The notes beneath the pieces were generated by a model. It searched no databases. It was given only the letters and a program-made list of their open reading frames with translations, and was not told the DNA's origin. Position numbers and translations under genes: made by a program. A stretch of DNA of 64,000 nucleotides, taken from assembly GCA_044344465.1 (NCBI GenBank), contig JBIJCX010000004.1, positions 4,804 through 68,803 of the forward strand. Reading direction: 5' to 3'. The DNA is from Opitutaceae bacterium. Lineage in GTDB: Bacteria > Verrucomicrobiota > Verrucomicrobiia > Opitutales > Opitutaceae. Below are positions 1 to 9,795 of the stretch, in pieces (within the stretch, counting starts at the first letter, position 1; each line of letters opens with the position of its first letter).

Positions 1-1369
1 CGCCCCCGAAGATTTTACGGAATTGCGCGGGGTCAGCCGCGGCGGCCGCGAGCTGCGTCTGGGCATCAGAGGTCAGCCACCGCAGGAGCGTGCGCTCGAA
101 CTCGTCGCCGTCGGCCTTGGGCGCCGGGTGCTTGGCATCCCACACCGTGAGATCAGCGGCCTGGAGGCGCACGTAGTCGCGTTCGACGACCGGGGCTTTC
201 AGTCCCAGCTTGAAGTGCTGGTTCAACCAGGTGAAGAAAGCGGAGCGGGTGACGGCATTGTAATTGTGCGGAAAATGTTCGCCCCGGTGCAGCATGACGT
301 GGTTGGGCGCACCGACCAGGGTGTAGAGCTGCTTGAGTTCGGGAAATCCCTTCGTCGACATTTCCTTGGTCCAGTCGTTCGCGGTGTTCATGCCTTGCGG
401 CCGGGGGGCGACGAGGGCGGCGAACTCGACGTTGCCGGTGCCCACGCGCAGCAAGCTGGCGTTTTCGCACGTGCAGCCGCCCTGCATCGCGGTGCTGACC
501 ATCACGGCGGGGAACGAGAGATCGATCCGTGAATCGACGGCCGCGAGCAGCATGGTCTGCGTGCCGCCGCCGCTCGCTCCGGTGACGGCAATGCGATCCG
601 GATCCACCTGCAAGTCTTTCAGGCTGAGAACGAAGTCCACGCCGCGGATCGAGTTCAGGGTTTGGATTCCCATGATGCTTTGCAGATTGGCCTCGGCTTG
701 CGGGCTGTAGAAGCCCCAGTTCGCGGTCTGGTTCATCTCGGAGCGTTGTTTGGCGAAGCGATGGACGAGCTCGCGCGAGAGCTGCTTCGAATCGGAGTCG
801 CTCATGGCATCGTACTGCCAAACCACGCAGCCCATGCGGGCCAGTTGTACGCACATGGCCTGGAACCGGCTTCGGCCGCCCACCTCGAAACGCTCCTGGC
901 CGGTGGCGATCTCGCTCAGGAACTTCGATTCCGTCTCCTCCGACAACCGGGCGTCCTGCCAGTGGCCATGCGCAAACAGTACGGCGGGAACCTTGCCGGT
1001 CCTGCCCTTGGGCTTGTACAGATTTCCGGTCACGAAGAGGCCGGGCGCGCTTTCGAAATAGGCTTTCTCGATCGTGTAGTCGGGCTGGTCGATCTTGCCG
1101 TGGATGACGGCATTGAGGGAATTCCGGGTCGGCATCGGCCAGAGACCCTGCGACACGAGAATCCGCCGGCGCACCTGTTCGGCGCGGATTTCCCACTCGG
1201 CCTTGAACATGGGCGGCTGGAAAGGGAAGTAGCCGTTGAGATCTTTCAACGGCTGCAAGCGGATGTCGTCCGGCAGACTTTCAGCCGGCAAGACACGAGG
1301 GGCGGCGCTCCCGGCGGCGGGCAGAGCAGCCAGCAGGAGGCAGAGGGACAGCGTATGGGGGATTTTCAT
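1..1369 (-). CDS. Secreted alpha/beta-hydrolase, acetylxylan esterase/dienelactone hydrolase-like (3' end runs off window)
   Basis: Translated by hand (absent from ORF track because there is no stop in the window): MKIPHTLSLCLLLAALPAAG signal peptide, FESAPGLFVTGNLY, AVLFAHGH, nucleophile motif RIAVTGASGGGTQT. Confidence 0.8.
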   Translation of the reverse strand, partial: MKIPHTLSLCLLLAALPAAGSAAPRVLPAESLPDDIRLQPLKDLNGYFPFQPPMFKAEWEIRAEQVRRRILVSQGLWPMPTRNSLNAVIHGKIDQPDYTIEKAYFESAPGLFVTGNLYKPKGRTGKVPAVLFAHGHWQDARLSEETESKFLSEIATGQERFEVGGRSRFQAMCVQLARMGCVVWQYDAMSDSDSKQLSRELVHRFAKQRSEMNQTANWGFYSPQAEANLQSIMGIQTLNSIRGVDFVLSLKDLQVDPDRIAVTGASGGGTQTMLLAAVDSRIDLSFPAVMVSTAMQGGCTCENASLLRVGTGNVEFAALVAPRPQGMNTANDWTKEMSTKGFPELKQLYTLVGAPNHVMLHRGEHFPHNYNAVTRSAFFTWLNQHFKLGLKAPVVERDYVRLQAADLTVWDAKHPAPKADGDEFERTLLRWLTSDAQTQLAAAAADPAQFRKIFGG

Positions 1370-1500
1370 AAGCGAGCCGCGAGGGTGCGAATCGAGCAAC
1401 CACGGGTCAATCGTTTCCCGGGCTCGCAGGCGGGTTTTCAGAGCACGAGCAAGCTGGCGGCTGACGGCTCTACACAGCATCATTGAATGTCGCGCATCTA

Positions 1501-1574
1501 ACGGAGGGCCGAGCTCCGCCGAGGCCGAAAGACCGCCGGACATCAAGCGGCCTCGACGAAGCTCGGCCCTCCGT
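1501..1574. repeat. REP-like inverted doublet (GGAG-ended)
   Basis: acggagggccgagctccgccgaggccg ... cggcctcgacgaagctcggccctccgt, near-perfect ~27-bp inverted arms in an intergenic gap. Confidence 0.7.
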
Positions 1575-1656
1575 GATCTGTAAAGAATCATGGCGTCGTG
1601 CATATTCACCTTCTTGGATTCACGTGCTTATCACCCATCGACTTCATCTCACTCTC

Positions 1657-2583
1657 ATGCGGTCCCGTAAACTCCTCCTCGCCACGCTCGCCCTCAGCCT
1701 TGGTGTTGTCTCGCTCCCGGGTCGCGCCGCGGAGCCCGTCACGGCCACCTCGCCCGCCCTCAAGGTGAGGCTGTGGCCGGACCAAGCGCCGGTGGGCGAC
1801 GGCCGCACCGAGACCTGGACCGCCGACCTCCGCGTCTATCTGCCTCCCGCCGATCGGGCCAACGGCGCCGCGGTGGTGATTTGTCCGGGTGGCGGCTACA
1901 TCCGGCACGTGGTGGATCGCGAAGGTTATCCCATCGCCGAGTGGCTCAACGCCCAGGGCATTGCCGCCATCTTGCTGGAGTATCGTTTGCCCGAAGGCCG
2001 TTCCATGGTGCCGCTGCTCGATGCCCAACGCACGCTCCGGACCGTGCGGGCGAATGCGTCGGCCTGGCGGATCGACGCGCGCCGCATCGGCATCCTGGGC
2101 TTCTCCGCGGGTGGTCATGTCGCCTCGACCGCCGGCACCCATTTCGATGCCGGACACGCCGGCGCGACCGATCCGATCGAGCGCCTGAGCTGCCGGCCCG
2201 ATTTCATGCTGCTCGTCTATCCCGTTGTCACCATGGGCGACCAGACGCACACCGGTTCCAGGGACAGGCTGCTCGGAGCCAATCCGAAGCCCGAGTGGGT
2301 GAGATTCTTCTCCAACGAAACGCAGGTGACGCGCGCGACGCCGCCCGCGTTCATCGCCCATGCCGTCGATGACAAGCCGGTGCCGCCGGACAACAGCCGC
2401 AACCTCGTGGCCGCGCTGAAGGGCAACGGCGTGCCCGTCGAGTATCTCGAACTACCGTCGGGTGGTCACGGGCTCAATGGCTGCAAAGGTCCGTTGTGGG
2501 AGCAATGGAAAGCGGAGGCGCTCGTCTGGCTCGCCGCCCGCAGGGTGATTCCCCTGAGCCCACATTCAGTTGGCTCGAGGTAG
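1657..2583 (+). CDS. Secreted alpha/beta hydrolase (BD-FAE/acetyl esterase-like)
   Basis: Signal peptide MRSRKLLLATLALSLG; ICPGGGY, GFSAGG nucleophile, AHAVDD, GGHG. Confidence 0.85.
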   Translation: MRSRKLLLATLALSLGVVSLPGRAAEPVTATSPALKVRLWPDQAPVGDGRTETWTADLRVYLPPADRANGAAVVICPGGGYIRHVVDREGYPIAEWLNAQGIAAILLEYRLPEGRSMVPLLDAQRTLRTVRANASAWRIDARRIGILGFSAGGHVASTAGTHFDAGHAGATDPIERLSCRPDFMLLVYPVVTMGDQTHTGSRDRLLGANPKPEWVRFFSNETQVTRATPPAFIAHAVDDKPVPPDNSRNLVAALKGNGVPVEYLELPSGGHGLNGCKGPLWEQWKAEALVWLAARRVIPLSPHSVGSR

Positions 2584-2774
2584 CAACGCGCCCGCCTCAG
2601 TCGTAACGATGCAATAGAAATAGAGTGTAGGGCCGCCGCTCGCGGCGCGCCGATTTTCGACGGCCACCTGCGGCATGGCGCAAACGCCAAATGCATGATC
2701 GGCTCAGGTGAGCAGACCCCGGCAAAAGCGCGGCGTTCGAATCGTCTTGAACGCGAAGTGAAAGATGACCTCGC

Positions 2775-3413
2775 CTACAACGCCGCCTGCAACTCGAACA
2801 GATTGCCAAACACGGCGTCGGCCTGCGCGGCGCGGAGCTGCGCGGCGTCGTGCGTGCCGGTCGTCACGCCCCAGCACGGGAAACCGCCGTTGTGCGCCGC
2901 CATCACGTCGAACGGCGAGTCGCCGATCAGCAGCGTGGTTTTCGCGTTGGCCCCGATCTCGCCGAGCACATGGGCCGCAAATTCCGGCTGCGGCTTCAGC
3001 CACGGGGTGTCCTTGGCCCCGAAGACGCCGCGCAGGAATGGCGTCACCCCGAGGTGGGCGCAAATTCGCCGGGAGTGGTCGCCGCGTTTGTTCGTAAACG
3101 CGGCCAGCGCCACGCCCGCGGCGAATTGGGCCCGCAGCAGTTCCAGCGCGCCCGGATTCAGGGTCACATCCTCAAGGAGAATGGCATCCGTGTGCGCCAG
3201 GTGCATCTTGACCGCCTCGGCAATCAGAGGCTCCGGCAGAAAGTGGCTCATCGCGTTTTCCAAGCCGCCGCCCACGGCCCGCCGGACCTGCTCGGGCGTT
3301 GGCGCGGGCCGGCCAAAGTGCGGCAGCGTGTGCGTGTAACTGCGGTGGATGGTGGTGAACGCATCGACCAGCGTGCCGTCCAGATCCAGGAGAATGGTTT
3401 CAAAACGCGGCAT
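2775..3413 (-). CDS. HAD-family phosphatase (phosphoglycolate phosphatase-like)
   Basis: DLDGTLVD motif I, TNK, KPQP, IGDSPFD; start set at MPRFETILL. Confidence 0.85.
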   Translation of the reverse strand: MPRFETILLDLDGTLVDAFTTIHRSYTHTLPHFGRPAPTPEQVRRAVGGGLENAMSHFLPEPLIAEAVKMHLAHTDAILLEDVTLNPGALELLRAQFAAGVALAAFTNKRGDHSRRICAHLGVTPFLRGVFGAKDTPWLKPQPEFAAHVLGEIGANAKTTLLIGDSPFDVMAAHNGGFPCWGVTTGTHDAAQLRAAQADAVFGNLFELQAAL

Positions 3414-3510
3414 AGGCGGTGAGAGTGCGCGGAGCCCGGCGCTGATTCGCAAGCCCGGACCGGCGCGATTTGATTTGGCGGCGGGCCGGCCCGTGAGTGG
3501 AGTGGCGGCC

Positions 3511-4638
3511 ATGTCGGCCCACTCGGAAACCCCCTCTGCCCGCGCCACCGCCTCCACGGTGGGTGATGTGTTCGAGGTGGCGCTGGCCGGCACCTGGCAG
3601 ATCACGGAGCCGCGGCCGTCCTGGGACATGTTGCTCGGTGCCCGGACCCCCGCGCGCATCCGGCTGCGGACCGACGCGGTGGACAAATGGGACACCTCGC
3701 TGCTCCTCTTCCTCTTCGAAACGCAGCAGTGGTGCCGCGCGAGCGGTGCCTACTGCGACGTGGATGGCGTGCCCGAAAACATCACGAAGCTGCTGGCCCA
3801 GCTCTCGGCGTCGCATGAAACGAGCGTGCCGTTCGACCGGTCGGAAAATTTCGTCACCAGTGTGGGGCTGGCGACCCAGGACACGTTGGTGAAGGCACGG
3901 GAAATCTCCCATTTCGTGGGCGAATGCGTGTTGAGCGCGGTGCGGCTGGTGCGCAGCCCGCGCCGGTTCCGCTGGGGCGACTGCCTCGATGAGATGCAGC
4001 AGTGCGGCGCGATGGCGCTGCCGATCGTGAGTCTCGTGAGCCTGCTCGTCGGGGTGACGCTCGCCTACACGGGGGCGATCGTGCTCCGGTTGTATGGCGG
4101 TGACATCTACCTGGCGGACCTCATCGGCCTCTCGATGGTCCGCGAAATGGGCGCGGTGATGACGGGCGTGGTGCTGGCGGGGCGCACGGGCGCCGCGTTT
4201 GCCGCGACGATCGGGAACATGAAGGCCAACGAGGAAATCGACGCGCTCGAGACCCTGGGCATCCCGGCGGTGCAGTTTCTCGTGCTCCCGCGATTGCTGG
4301 CGCTCGCCCTGATGATGCCGCTGCTCGCCCTGTATGCGAACGCCCTCGGCATCGTGGGCGGGTTGATCGTGGCCTACGGGCTCCTCTCCATTGCCCCCAC
4401 GGCGTTCTGGGTGGAGATGCTCACGATCGTGGATTTGTCGGACGTCGCCACCGGCGTGATCAAAGCGGTGGCGTTTGGGTTGATCATCGGGCTGGCGGGC
4501 TGCCTGCGCGGCTTGCAGGCGGAACGCAGCGCGGCCGGCGTGGGCCGCGCCGCGACGTCGGCGGTGGTGACATCCCTCCTGCTCATGATCATCGCCGACG
4601 CGGTGTTCGCGGTGTTGTTCAATGTCCTGGGGCTCTGA
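3511..4638 (+). CDS. mlaE: MlaE-family ABC permease with N-terminal STAS-like domain
   Basis: VREMGAVMTGVVLAGRTGAAFAATIGNMKANEEIDAL; GVGRAATSAVV. Confidence 0.9.
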   Translation: MSAHSETPSARATASTVGDVFEVALAGTWQITEPRPSWDMLLGARTPARIRLRTDAVDKWDTSLLLFLFETQQWCRASGAYCDVDGVPENITKLLAQLSASHETSVPFDRSENFVTSVGLATQDTLVKAREISHFVGECVLSAVRLVRSPRRFRWGDCLDEMQQCGAMALPIVSLVSLLVGVTLAYTGAIVLRLYGGDIYLADLIGLSMVREMGAVMTGVVLAGRTGAAFAATIGNMKANEEIDALETLGIPAVQFLVLPRLLALALMMPLLALYANALGIVGGLIVAYGLLSIAPTAFWVEMLTIVDLSDVATGVIKAVAFGLIIGLAGCLRGLQAERSAAGVGRAATSAVVTSLLLMIIADAVFAVLFNVLGL

Positions 4639-4641
4639 GCC

Positions 4642-5421
4642 ATGAGCGAAGCCCTCCAGTCCAACGGCGCCCCGGCCATCGAGGTGGAGAACCTCGAGTG
4701 CGGCTACGACGGCAAGGTCCTGTTGACCAAGGTTTCGTTCACCGTCCCGCGCGGGGAGATTTTTTTCATCATCGGCGGATCCGGGTGCGGCAAGAGCACG
4801 CTGCTCCGGCACCTCGTGGGCCTGCACACGCCGACGGCGGGCACGGTGAAGTTCTTCGGCCAGTCGTTTACCGATGCGGGGACGGCGGCGCGGCGCGGGT
4901 TGCTGAAGACCTTTGGGATGCTCTTCCAGGGCGGCGCCCTCTGGACGTCGCTGACCCTCCGGCAGAACGTGGCCCTGCCACTCGAGGAATACACCACGCT
5001 GTCGGGCCGCGAAATCTCCGAGATCGCCACCTTGAAACTCGCCCAGGTCGGGCTCGCCGGCTTCGAGGATTATTTTCCGGCCGAGATCAGCGGCGGCATG
5101 CGGAAACGCGCCGGCCTGGCGCGCGCCCTCGCCCTGGATCCGGCGATCGTGTTTTTCGACGAACCTTCGGCGGGGCTCGATCCCGTGACGTCGCGCAAGC
5201 TGGACGAGCTCATCCGCCAGATCCGGGACACGTTTGGAACGACGATTGTCGTCGTCTCGCACGAGCTGGCGTCGATTTTCGAGCTCGCCGACCGCGTGGT
5301 CATGCTCGACCGCGCCCACCGGGGTTTCATCGCCGAGGGCCGGCCGCGCGACCTGGCGGCGGGCAGCCGCGACCCGCGCGTGCTGGAGTTTCTCCGGCGG
5401 GGCGATCTGCCGCCCCAGTAA
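4642..5421 (+). CDS. mlaF: MlaF-family ABC ATPase
   Basis: GGSGCGKS Walker A, ISGGMRKRAGLARALALDP, FDEPSAGLDP. Confidence 0.9.
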   Translation: MSEALQSNGAPAIEVENLECGYDGKVLLTKVSFTVPRGEIFFIIGGSGCGKSTLLRHLVGLHTPTAGTVKFFGQSFTDAGTAARRGLLKTFGMLFQGGALWTSLTLRQNVALPLEEYTTLSGREISEIATLKLAQVGLAGFEDYFPAEISGGMRKRAGLARALALDPAIVFFDEPSAGLDPVTSRKLDELIRQIRDTFGTTIVVVSHELASIFELADRVVMLDRAHRGFIAEGRPRDLAAGSRDPRVLEFLRRGDLPPQ

Positions 5422-5466
5422 GTTCTTCCCCCCGCCGGCCCGAACCGCTTAGCTCCGCGCTCATCC

Positions 5467-6480
5467 GTGAAAACCAAGGTCAGCCCAGCCATCGTCGGCA
5501 TGTTTGTGATCGGCGCGTTCGCGCTCGCCGTCATCTCGCTCCTGACGTTCGGCGGGTGGAATATCTTCACGAAATCGCAGCGGTTCGTGGTGTATTTCAA
5601 CGAGTCGATTCACGGCCTCGATCTCGGCCAGCCGGTGAAACTGCGGGGCGTGCGGGTCGGCAAGGTCGTCGCGATCAACCTCCGCTACGACGACAGCACC
5701 AACCGTTCGGTGATCGCGGTGGTGTGCGAGTTCAGCAAGAACATGGTCACCGACACCAAGGGGCAGCGCATCGACGTCTCGAGCCGGGCGGAATTGCAGA
5801 CCATGGTGGACCGCGGGCTGCGCGCCCAGCTCGGCGTGATCGGGCTCGCCACCGGGCTGTTATTCGTGGAGCTGGATTTCTTCGATCCAAAGGCGTTCCC
5901 GCCGGATCCCAGCCCCGGTCCGAGCGACCTGAAATTCGTCGCTGTGCCCGCCGTGACGTCGACCATCTCGGCGTTTCAGGCGAGCGCGAGCGAGATTCTG
6001 GCCAATCTCAAGAAGGTGGACTTCGCCGGCTTGTCGCGGGAACTGACCGGGCTGCTCACCGACGCCAGGAAGCGGCTCGACGGCGTGGATCTCCGGGGCC
6101 TGGTTGAGCAATGGAAGAAAACCGGGGCGCAAGCGGAGGCGCTCGCGACGGCGACCGGGCCCGAGATCAAGCAGACCCTGGCCAACGTCGACGCCACCCT
6201 CAAGGATTTGCGCTCGGTGCTGGGCAAACTCGACACGCAGGTGACCGCCAACGGCACGCAGCTCCAGGCCACGCTCACGCAGGCAAAGGAGACGCTGACG
6301 ACGTTCAACGCGGCCGCCGATGGCGCGCATAAGTTCATCGCCGCGCAAAGCGGGTTGGGCAACGAGGCCGCGCAGGCGCTGGCGCAACTGGCCGCGGCCG
6401 CCGAGGCCGTGCAGCGGCTGGCCGACTTCCTCGAGCGCAACCCGCAAGCGCTGCTCATGGGCAAGAAACCACCGAAGTGA
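5467..6480 (+). CDS. MCE/MlaD (PqiB-like) domain protein
   Basis: N-terminal TM, SIHGLDLGQPVKLRGVRVGKV, helical tail ending LADFLERNPQALLMGK. Confidence 0.9.
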   Translation: MKTKVSPAIVGMFVIGAFALAVISLLTFGGWNIFTKSQRFVVYFNESIHGLDLGQPVKLRGVRVGKVVAINLRYDDSTNRSVIAVVCEFSKNMVTDTKGQRIDVSSRAELQTMVDRGLRAQLGVIGLATGLLFVELDFFDPKAFPPDPSPGPSDLKFVAVPAVTSTISAFQASASEILANLKKVDFAGLSRELTGLLTDARKRLDGVDLRGLVEQWKKTGAQAEALATATGPEIKQTLANVDATLKDLRSVLGKLDTQVTANGTQLQATLTQAKETLTTFNAAADGAHKFIAAQSGLGNEAAQALAQLAAAAEAVQRLADFLERNPQALLMGKKPPK

Positions 6481-6517
6481 TCCCGGCCCCGCGAAAACCA
6501 AGAAAAAGAATCCGATA

Positions 6518-7162
6518 ATGCCGCGCCCACCTGCCGTCCTCTGCCTGCTGTCCTCTGGCCTCTGTCTGCTGGCCCTGGCCGGTTGCAGTCTCCTTCCACC
6601 GGTGCAGGCCGATGCGACCCGGTTCTACGTCCTCGGTGGTCCCGCGCCCGGTGGTCCCGGCCCGCAGCCGATCGGCGGAGCGCTGCGGCTCGGGCTGAAG
6701 GCGGTGGAGGTCGCTCCGTATCTGAAGAAGGGCTCGCTCGTCGTGCGCACGGGGGAGAATGAGGTGGCCTTTCCCGCCGAGGCCCGCTGGGCCGAGCCGC
6801 TCGATCAGGAAATCGCGCGTACGCTGCGGCTGCGGTTGCTGGCGGCGCCGGCGGTGGGGCGCGTGTTCGTGGCGCCCTTTCCGTTGGACGAGAAACGCGA
6901 CTTCGATGTGAGCGTGCAGGTGCTCCGTTGCGAGGGAGCGCGGGAGGGGGGCGGCGGGGCCGTGGCGCGGTTCGCCGCGCTGCTGGAAATCACGACCGCG
7001 GGTGCGAACGGGCGGGTCGTGGCGCGAAGAAATTTCGTGGCCCCCGATGCGGGTTGGGACGGAAGAGATTTCGCGCGCCTGGCCTCGCTGCTGAGCGATG
7101 CCGTCGGCGCGCTGGCCCAAGAGGTAGCCGCGACGCTGCCGGAAAAGAAACCGGCGGAGTGA
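6518..7162 (+). CDS. PqiC-like ABC auxiliary lipoprotein
   Basis: Lipobox LAGC, TRFYVL, RWAEPLDQEI; last gene of the mlaEFD operon. Confidence 0.85.
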   Translation: MPRPPAVLCLLSSGLCLLALAGCSLLPPVQADATRFYVLGGPAPGGPGPQPIGGALRLGLKAVEVAPYLKKGSLVVRTGENEVAFPAEARWAEPLDQEIARTLRLRLLAAPAVGRVFVAPFPLDEKRDFDVSVQVLRCEGAREGGGGAVARFAALLEITTAGANGRVVARRNFVAPDAGWDGRDFARLASLLSDAVGALAQEVAATLPEKKPAE

Positions 7163-7259
7163 TCGGAAGCTGGTTGTCATCGCCTGAATCGATTGCGCCG
7201 ATTCATTTGGGTCGATTCGTGTGCGTCCTTGGTTCAACTGGATTATCCTTCCCGTCCGG

Positions 7260-7367
7260 CGCAAAAGGGTTTTGCACCGGACGGGAAGAAACGTCGGGCT
7301 TGGTAGCCCTGCGCGTGAGCGCAGGGACCTCCCGCACTCCCGCCGCTCACGCGGCGGGCTACAACGA
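7260..7367. repeat. GTAG REP doublet family A, copy 1, with upstream hairpin
   Basis: GTAGccctgcgcgtgagcgcagggac...tcccgccgctcacgcggcgggCTAC (7303-7362); ~110 bp shared with 37289-37398. Confidence 0.85.
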
Positions 7368-7381
7368 AGCTGTTCCCCAGG

Positions 7382-7498
7382 AGTTGAGAGCTGAGAGTTC
7401 AGAGCTGAGAGATCGATCTCCAGAGCTGAAACCCGCGCCGTCACGCCTGAAAATGAAATTCACCCTTTGGTTTTGCTCTCAGCCCTCAGCTCTCAACT
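7382..7498. repeat. Inverted element with 7-nt periodic arms (GAGCTGA)
   Basis: agttgagagctgagagttcagagctgagag ... ctctcagccctcagctctcaact. Confidence 0.75.
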
Positions 7499-7522
7499 GA
7501 ATTCTTTCGGCTAAGACCTCCC

Positions 7523-8248
7523 ATGCCCCACGCGACAAATCATCTCGGCCAGCCGGTGGACTTCGCGTTGCCGGACTGGACGCCGCCGCCCCCGCCCGCA
7601 TCCGCGCCGATGGACGGGCACTACTGCCGCATCGAGCGACTCGACCCGCGGGTCCACGCTGACGCTCTGTATGCGGCCAATGCCCGGGATGCCGAAGGGC
7701 GCATGTGGACTTACCTGCCGTATGGCCCGTTCGATGATCGTGAAAGTTACCGGCGTTGGGCGGATGAGGCGGCCCGCGGCCAGGATCCGCTGTTCTACGC
7801 CATTGTCGATCGGACGACCGGGTGCGCCGCGGGAGTGGCGAGTTATTCGCGGATCGATTCGCGGCACGGCACGATTGAGGTCGGCCACCTGGCCTACTCG
7901 CCCCTGTTGCAGCGCACGCCGGCCGCGACCGAGGCGATGTATCTGATGATGAAGCACGCCTTCGATCTCGGTTACCGGCGTTACGAATGGAAATGCCATG
8001 CGCTGAACCGGCCGTCGCGCGTGGCCGCGCAACGCCTCGGTTTTTCGTTTGAGGGCGTGTTTCGCCAGGCGGCGGTGGTCAAGGGCCGCAATCGCGACAC
8101 CGCGTGGTATGCGGTGCTCAACACCGAGTGGCCGGCCCTCAAAGGCGCGTTTGCGACCTGGCTCGCCCCGGCGAATTTTGACGAGCAGGGCCTGCAGCGG
8201 CTGCAGCTTTCCGCCCTGACCGGGCCGTTGCTCCAGCAGCGCGGGTAA
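7523..8248 (+). CDS. GNAT N-acetyltransferase, RimJ/RimL-like
   Basis: MWTYLPYGPF, IEVGHLAYSPLLQRT, GYRRYEWKC, GFSFEGVFRQ, KGRNRDTAWY. Confidence 0.9.
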   Translation: MPHATNHLGQPVDFALPDWTPPPPPASAPMDGHYCRIERLDPRVHADALYAANARDAEGRMWTYLPYGPFDDRESYRRWADEAARGQDPLFYAIVDRTTGCAAGVASYSRIDSRHGTIEVGHLAYSPLLQRTPAATEAMYLMMKHAFDLGYRRYEWKCHALNRPSRVAAQRLGFSFEGVFRQAAVVKGRNRDTAWYAVLNTEWPALKGAFATWLAPANFDEQGLQRLQLSALTGPLLQQRG

Positions 8249-8271
8249 GGCCTTTCGGCGCAATCGGAGTG

Positions 8272-8407
8272 AACCACGAAATACACGAAAAGGGCGGATT
8301 GTGCGTGGGACGGATGGGGTGGTTCTCGTTTCTGCGCGCGGGCGTCAAGCCAGCCACCGTTGCATTCCGCGACGGGTGGTTTCGTGTGGTGAGTGTATTT
8401 CGCGGTT
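8272..8407. repeat. Inverted element with 9-nt periodic CCAC-ended arms
   Basis: aaccacgaaatacacgaaa ... ttcgtgtggtgagtgtatttcgcggtt. Confidence 0.7.
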
Positions 8408-8463
8408 AATACATCTGGAGCAATCCGGCTGAGGTTGTTCATGTTTGCCCTGTGAATCTCCCC

Positions 8464-9597
8464 ATGAGCTCCGCCATCGAGATTGTTGCGCTGTCGCGCG
8501 CACCGTCGGAGGTCAGCCGGTTTCTCGACGTTGCGTACGCGATTTATGGTGACGACCCCAATTGGGTCGCTCCGTTGCTGCTGGATGCGAAAAAGGTCTT
8601 GAGCCCGGCCAACCCGCTCTTCGCGCACGCGGAGATGCAGCTCTGGGTGGCGCGCCGCGCCGGGCGCGATGTCGGGCGCATCGCCGGGATCCTCGATCGG
8701 AGTCACAACGAGATTCACCGCGAACGCACGGCTTTCTTCGGGTTCTTCGAATCGGTCGACGACGCCGCGATCAGTGCGCGATTGTTCGACGCGGTTGCCG
8801 CCTGGGCCCGGGGGAAGGGGATGATCCGCCTCCTCGGTCCGATGAACCCGACCGCCAACGATGAGTGCGGCCTGCTCGTGGCGGGCTTCGACGCCCCACC
8901 CGTGTTCATGATGACGTACAACCCGCGCTACTACGTGCCGTTGCTCGAGGCCGCGGGGTGCACCAAGGCGAAGGACTTGCTGGCCTACGCCTTCGACATC
9001 GCGCATGGGCCGAAGGATCGGCTCGGGCGGTTCGCAAGGAAATTCCGGCAGCGCGAGCCGGACATCGTCATCTCGCCGATTCGAAAAGGGAATCTCGCGG
9101 CGCAATTGGCAAAGATTAAGGCGGTCTACAACCAGGCGTGGGCGGACAACTGGGGCTTCGTGCCGATGACCGAGCCGGAGATCGATTTCATGGCCGAACG
9201 GCTCAAGCCGCTCCTGACCGAGGGCCTCGCCTTCGTGGCGGAGACGCCGCAGGGACCGGCTGGATTTCTGCTGGCCATTCCCGATTTCAACGAAGCGCTG
9301 CAGCCGCTGCGCGGGCGCTTTTTCTCCCCCGGACTTCTCCGCGCCCTGCCTTACTTCATCGGCGGGAAGACACCCCGGTATCTCCGTTGCGTGACGCTGG
9401 GGGTCGTCCGGCGCTTTCGTGGCCGCGGCATTGAGGCCGCGATGCTGACGGAGGCGCTCGACGCGAGCCTGCGGCTGGGCTTCCAGCGCGGCGAGGCATC
9501 GTGGATCCTGGAGGACAACACGGCCGTGCAGCGGGTGATCGCTCTTTTCGGCGGCGAAGTGTACAAGACCTACCGGGTTTACGAACGCGGGGTCTGA
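8464..9597 (+). CDS. YghO-like tandem GNAT-fold protein, candidate bacterial ceramide synthase
   Basis: IYGDDPNWVAPL, VGRIAG, FFGFFES, GPMN..NDECGLLV.GF, MTYNPRYY, NWGFVP, SWILEDN, YKTYRVY. Confidence 0.7.
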   Translation: MSSAIEIVALSRAPSEVSRFLDVAYAIYGDDPNWVAPLLLDAKKVLSPANPLFAHAEMQLWVARRAGRDVGRIAGILDRSHNEIHRERTAFFGFFESVDDAAISARLFDAVAAWARGKGMIRLLGPMNPTANDECGLLVAGFDAPPVFMMTYNPRYYVPLLEAAGCTKAKDLLAYAFDIAHGPKDRLGRFARKFRQREPDIVISPIRKGNLAAQLAKIKAVYNQAWADNWGFVPMTEPEIDFMAERLKPLLTEGLAFVAETPQGPAGFLLAIPDFNEALQPLRGRFFSPGLLRALPYFIGGKTPRYLRCVTLGVVRRFRGRGIEAAMLTEALDASLRLGFQRGEASWILEDNTAVQRVIALFGGEVYKTYRVYERGV

Positions 9598-9795
9598 GTG
9601 CCGACGAAGATTCCATCAGCGAATTCGCTCCAGGGCTTCGCGCCCCGACATGCCCACCTCGATTCCGAGTTTTTGTGCCGCAGGGGTCACGGCGGTGCCG
9701 TTGGCGGTGCTCGTCGGCTGGGCGGTATCTTGAGTATAGCGCGTCACGATATTCCCGAAAGATTGTTTTACTAAAAATAGGAGGAGCGCGCGGGC

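Noticed and set aside
2626-2690. GTAG-initiated hairpin after the esterase gene
   Set aside because: No convincing inverted partner; cannot be distinguished from a terminator-like hairpin
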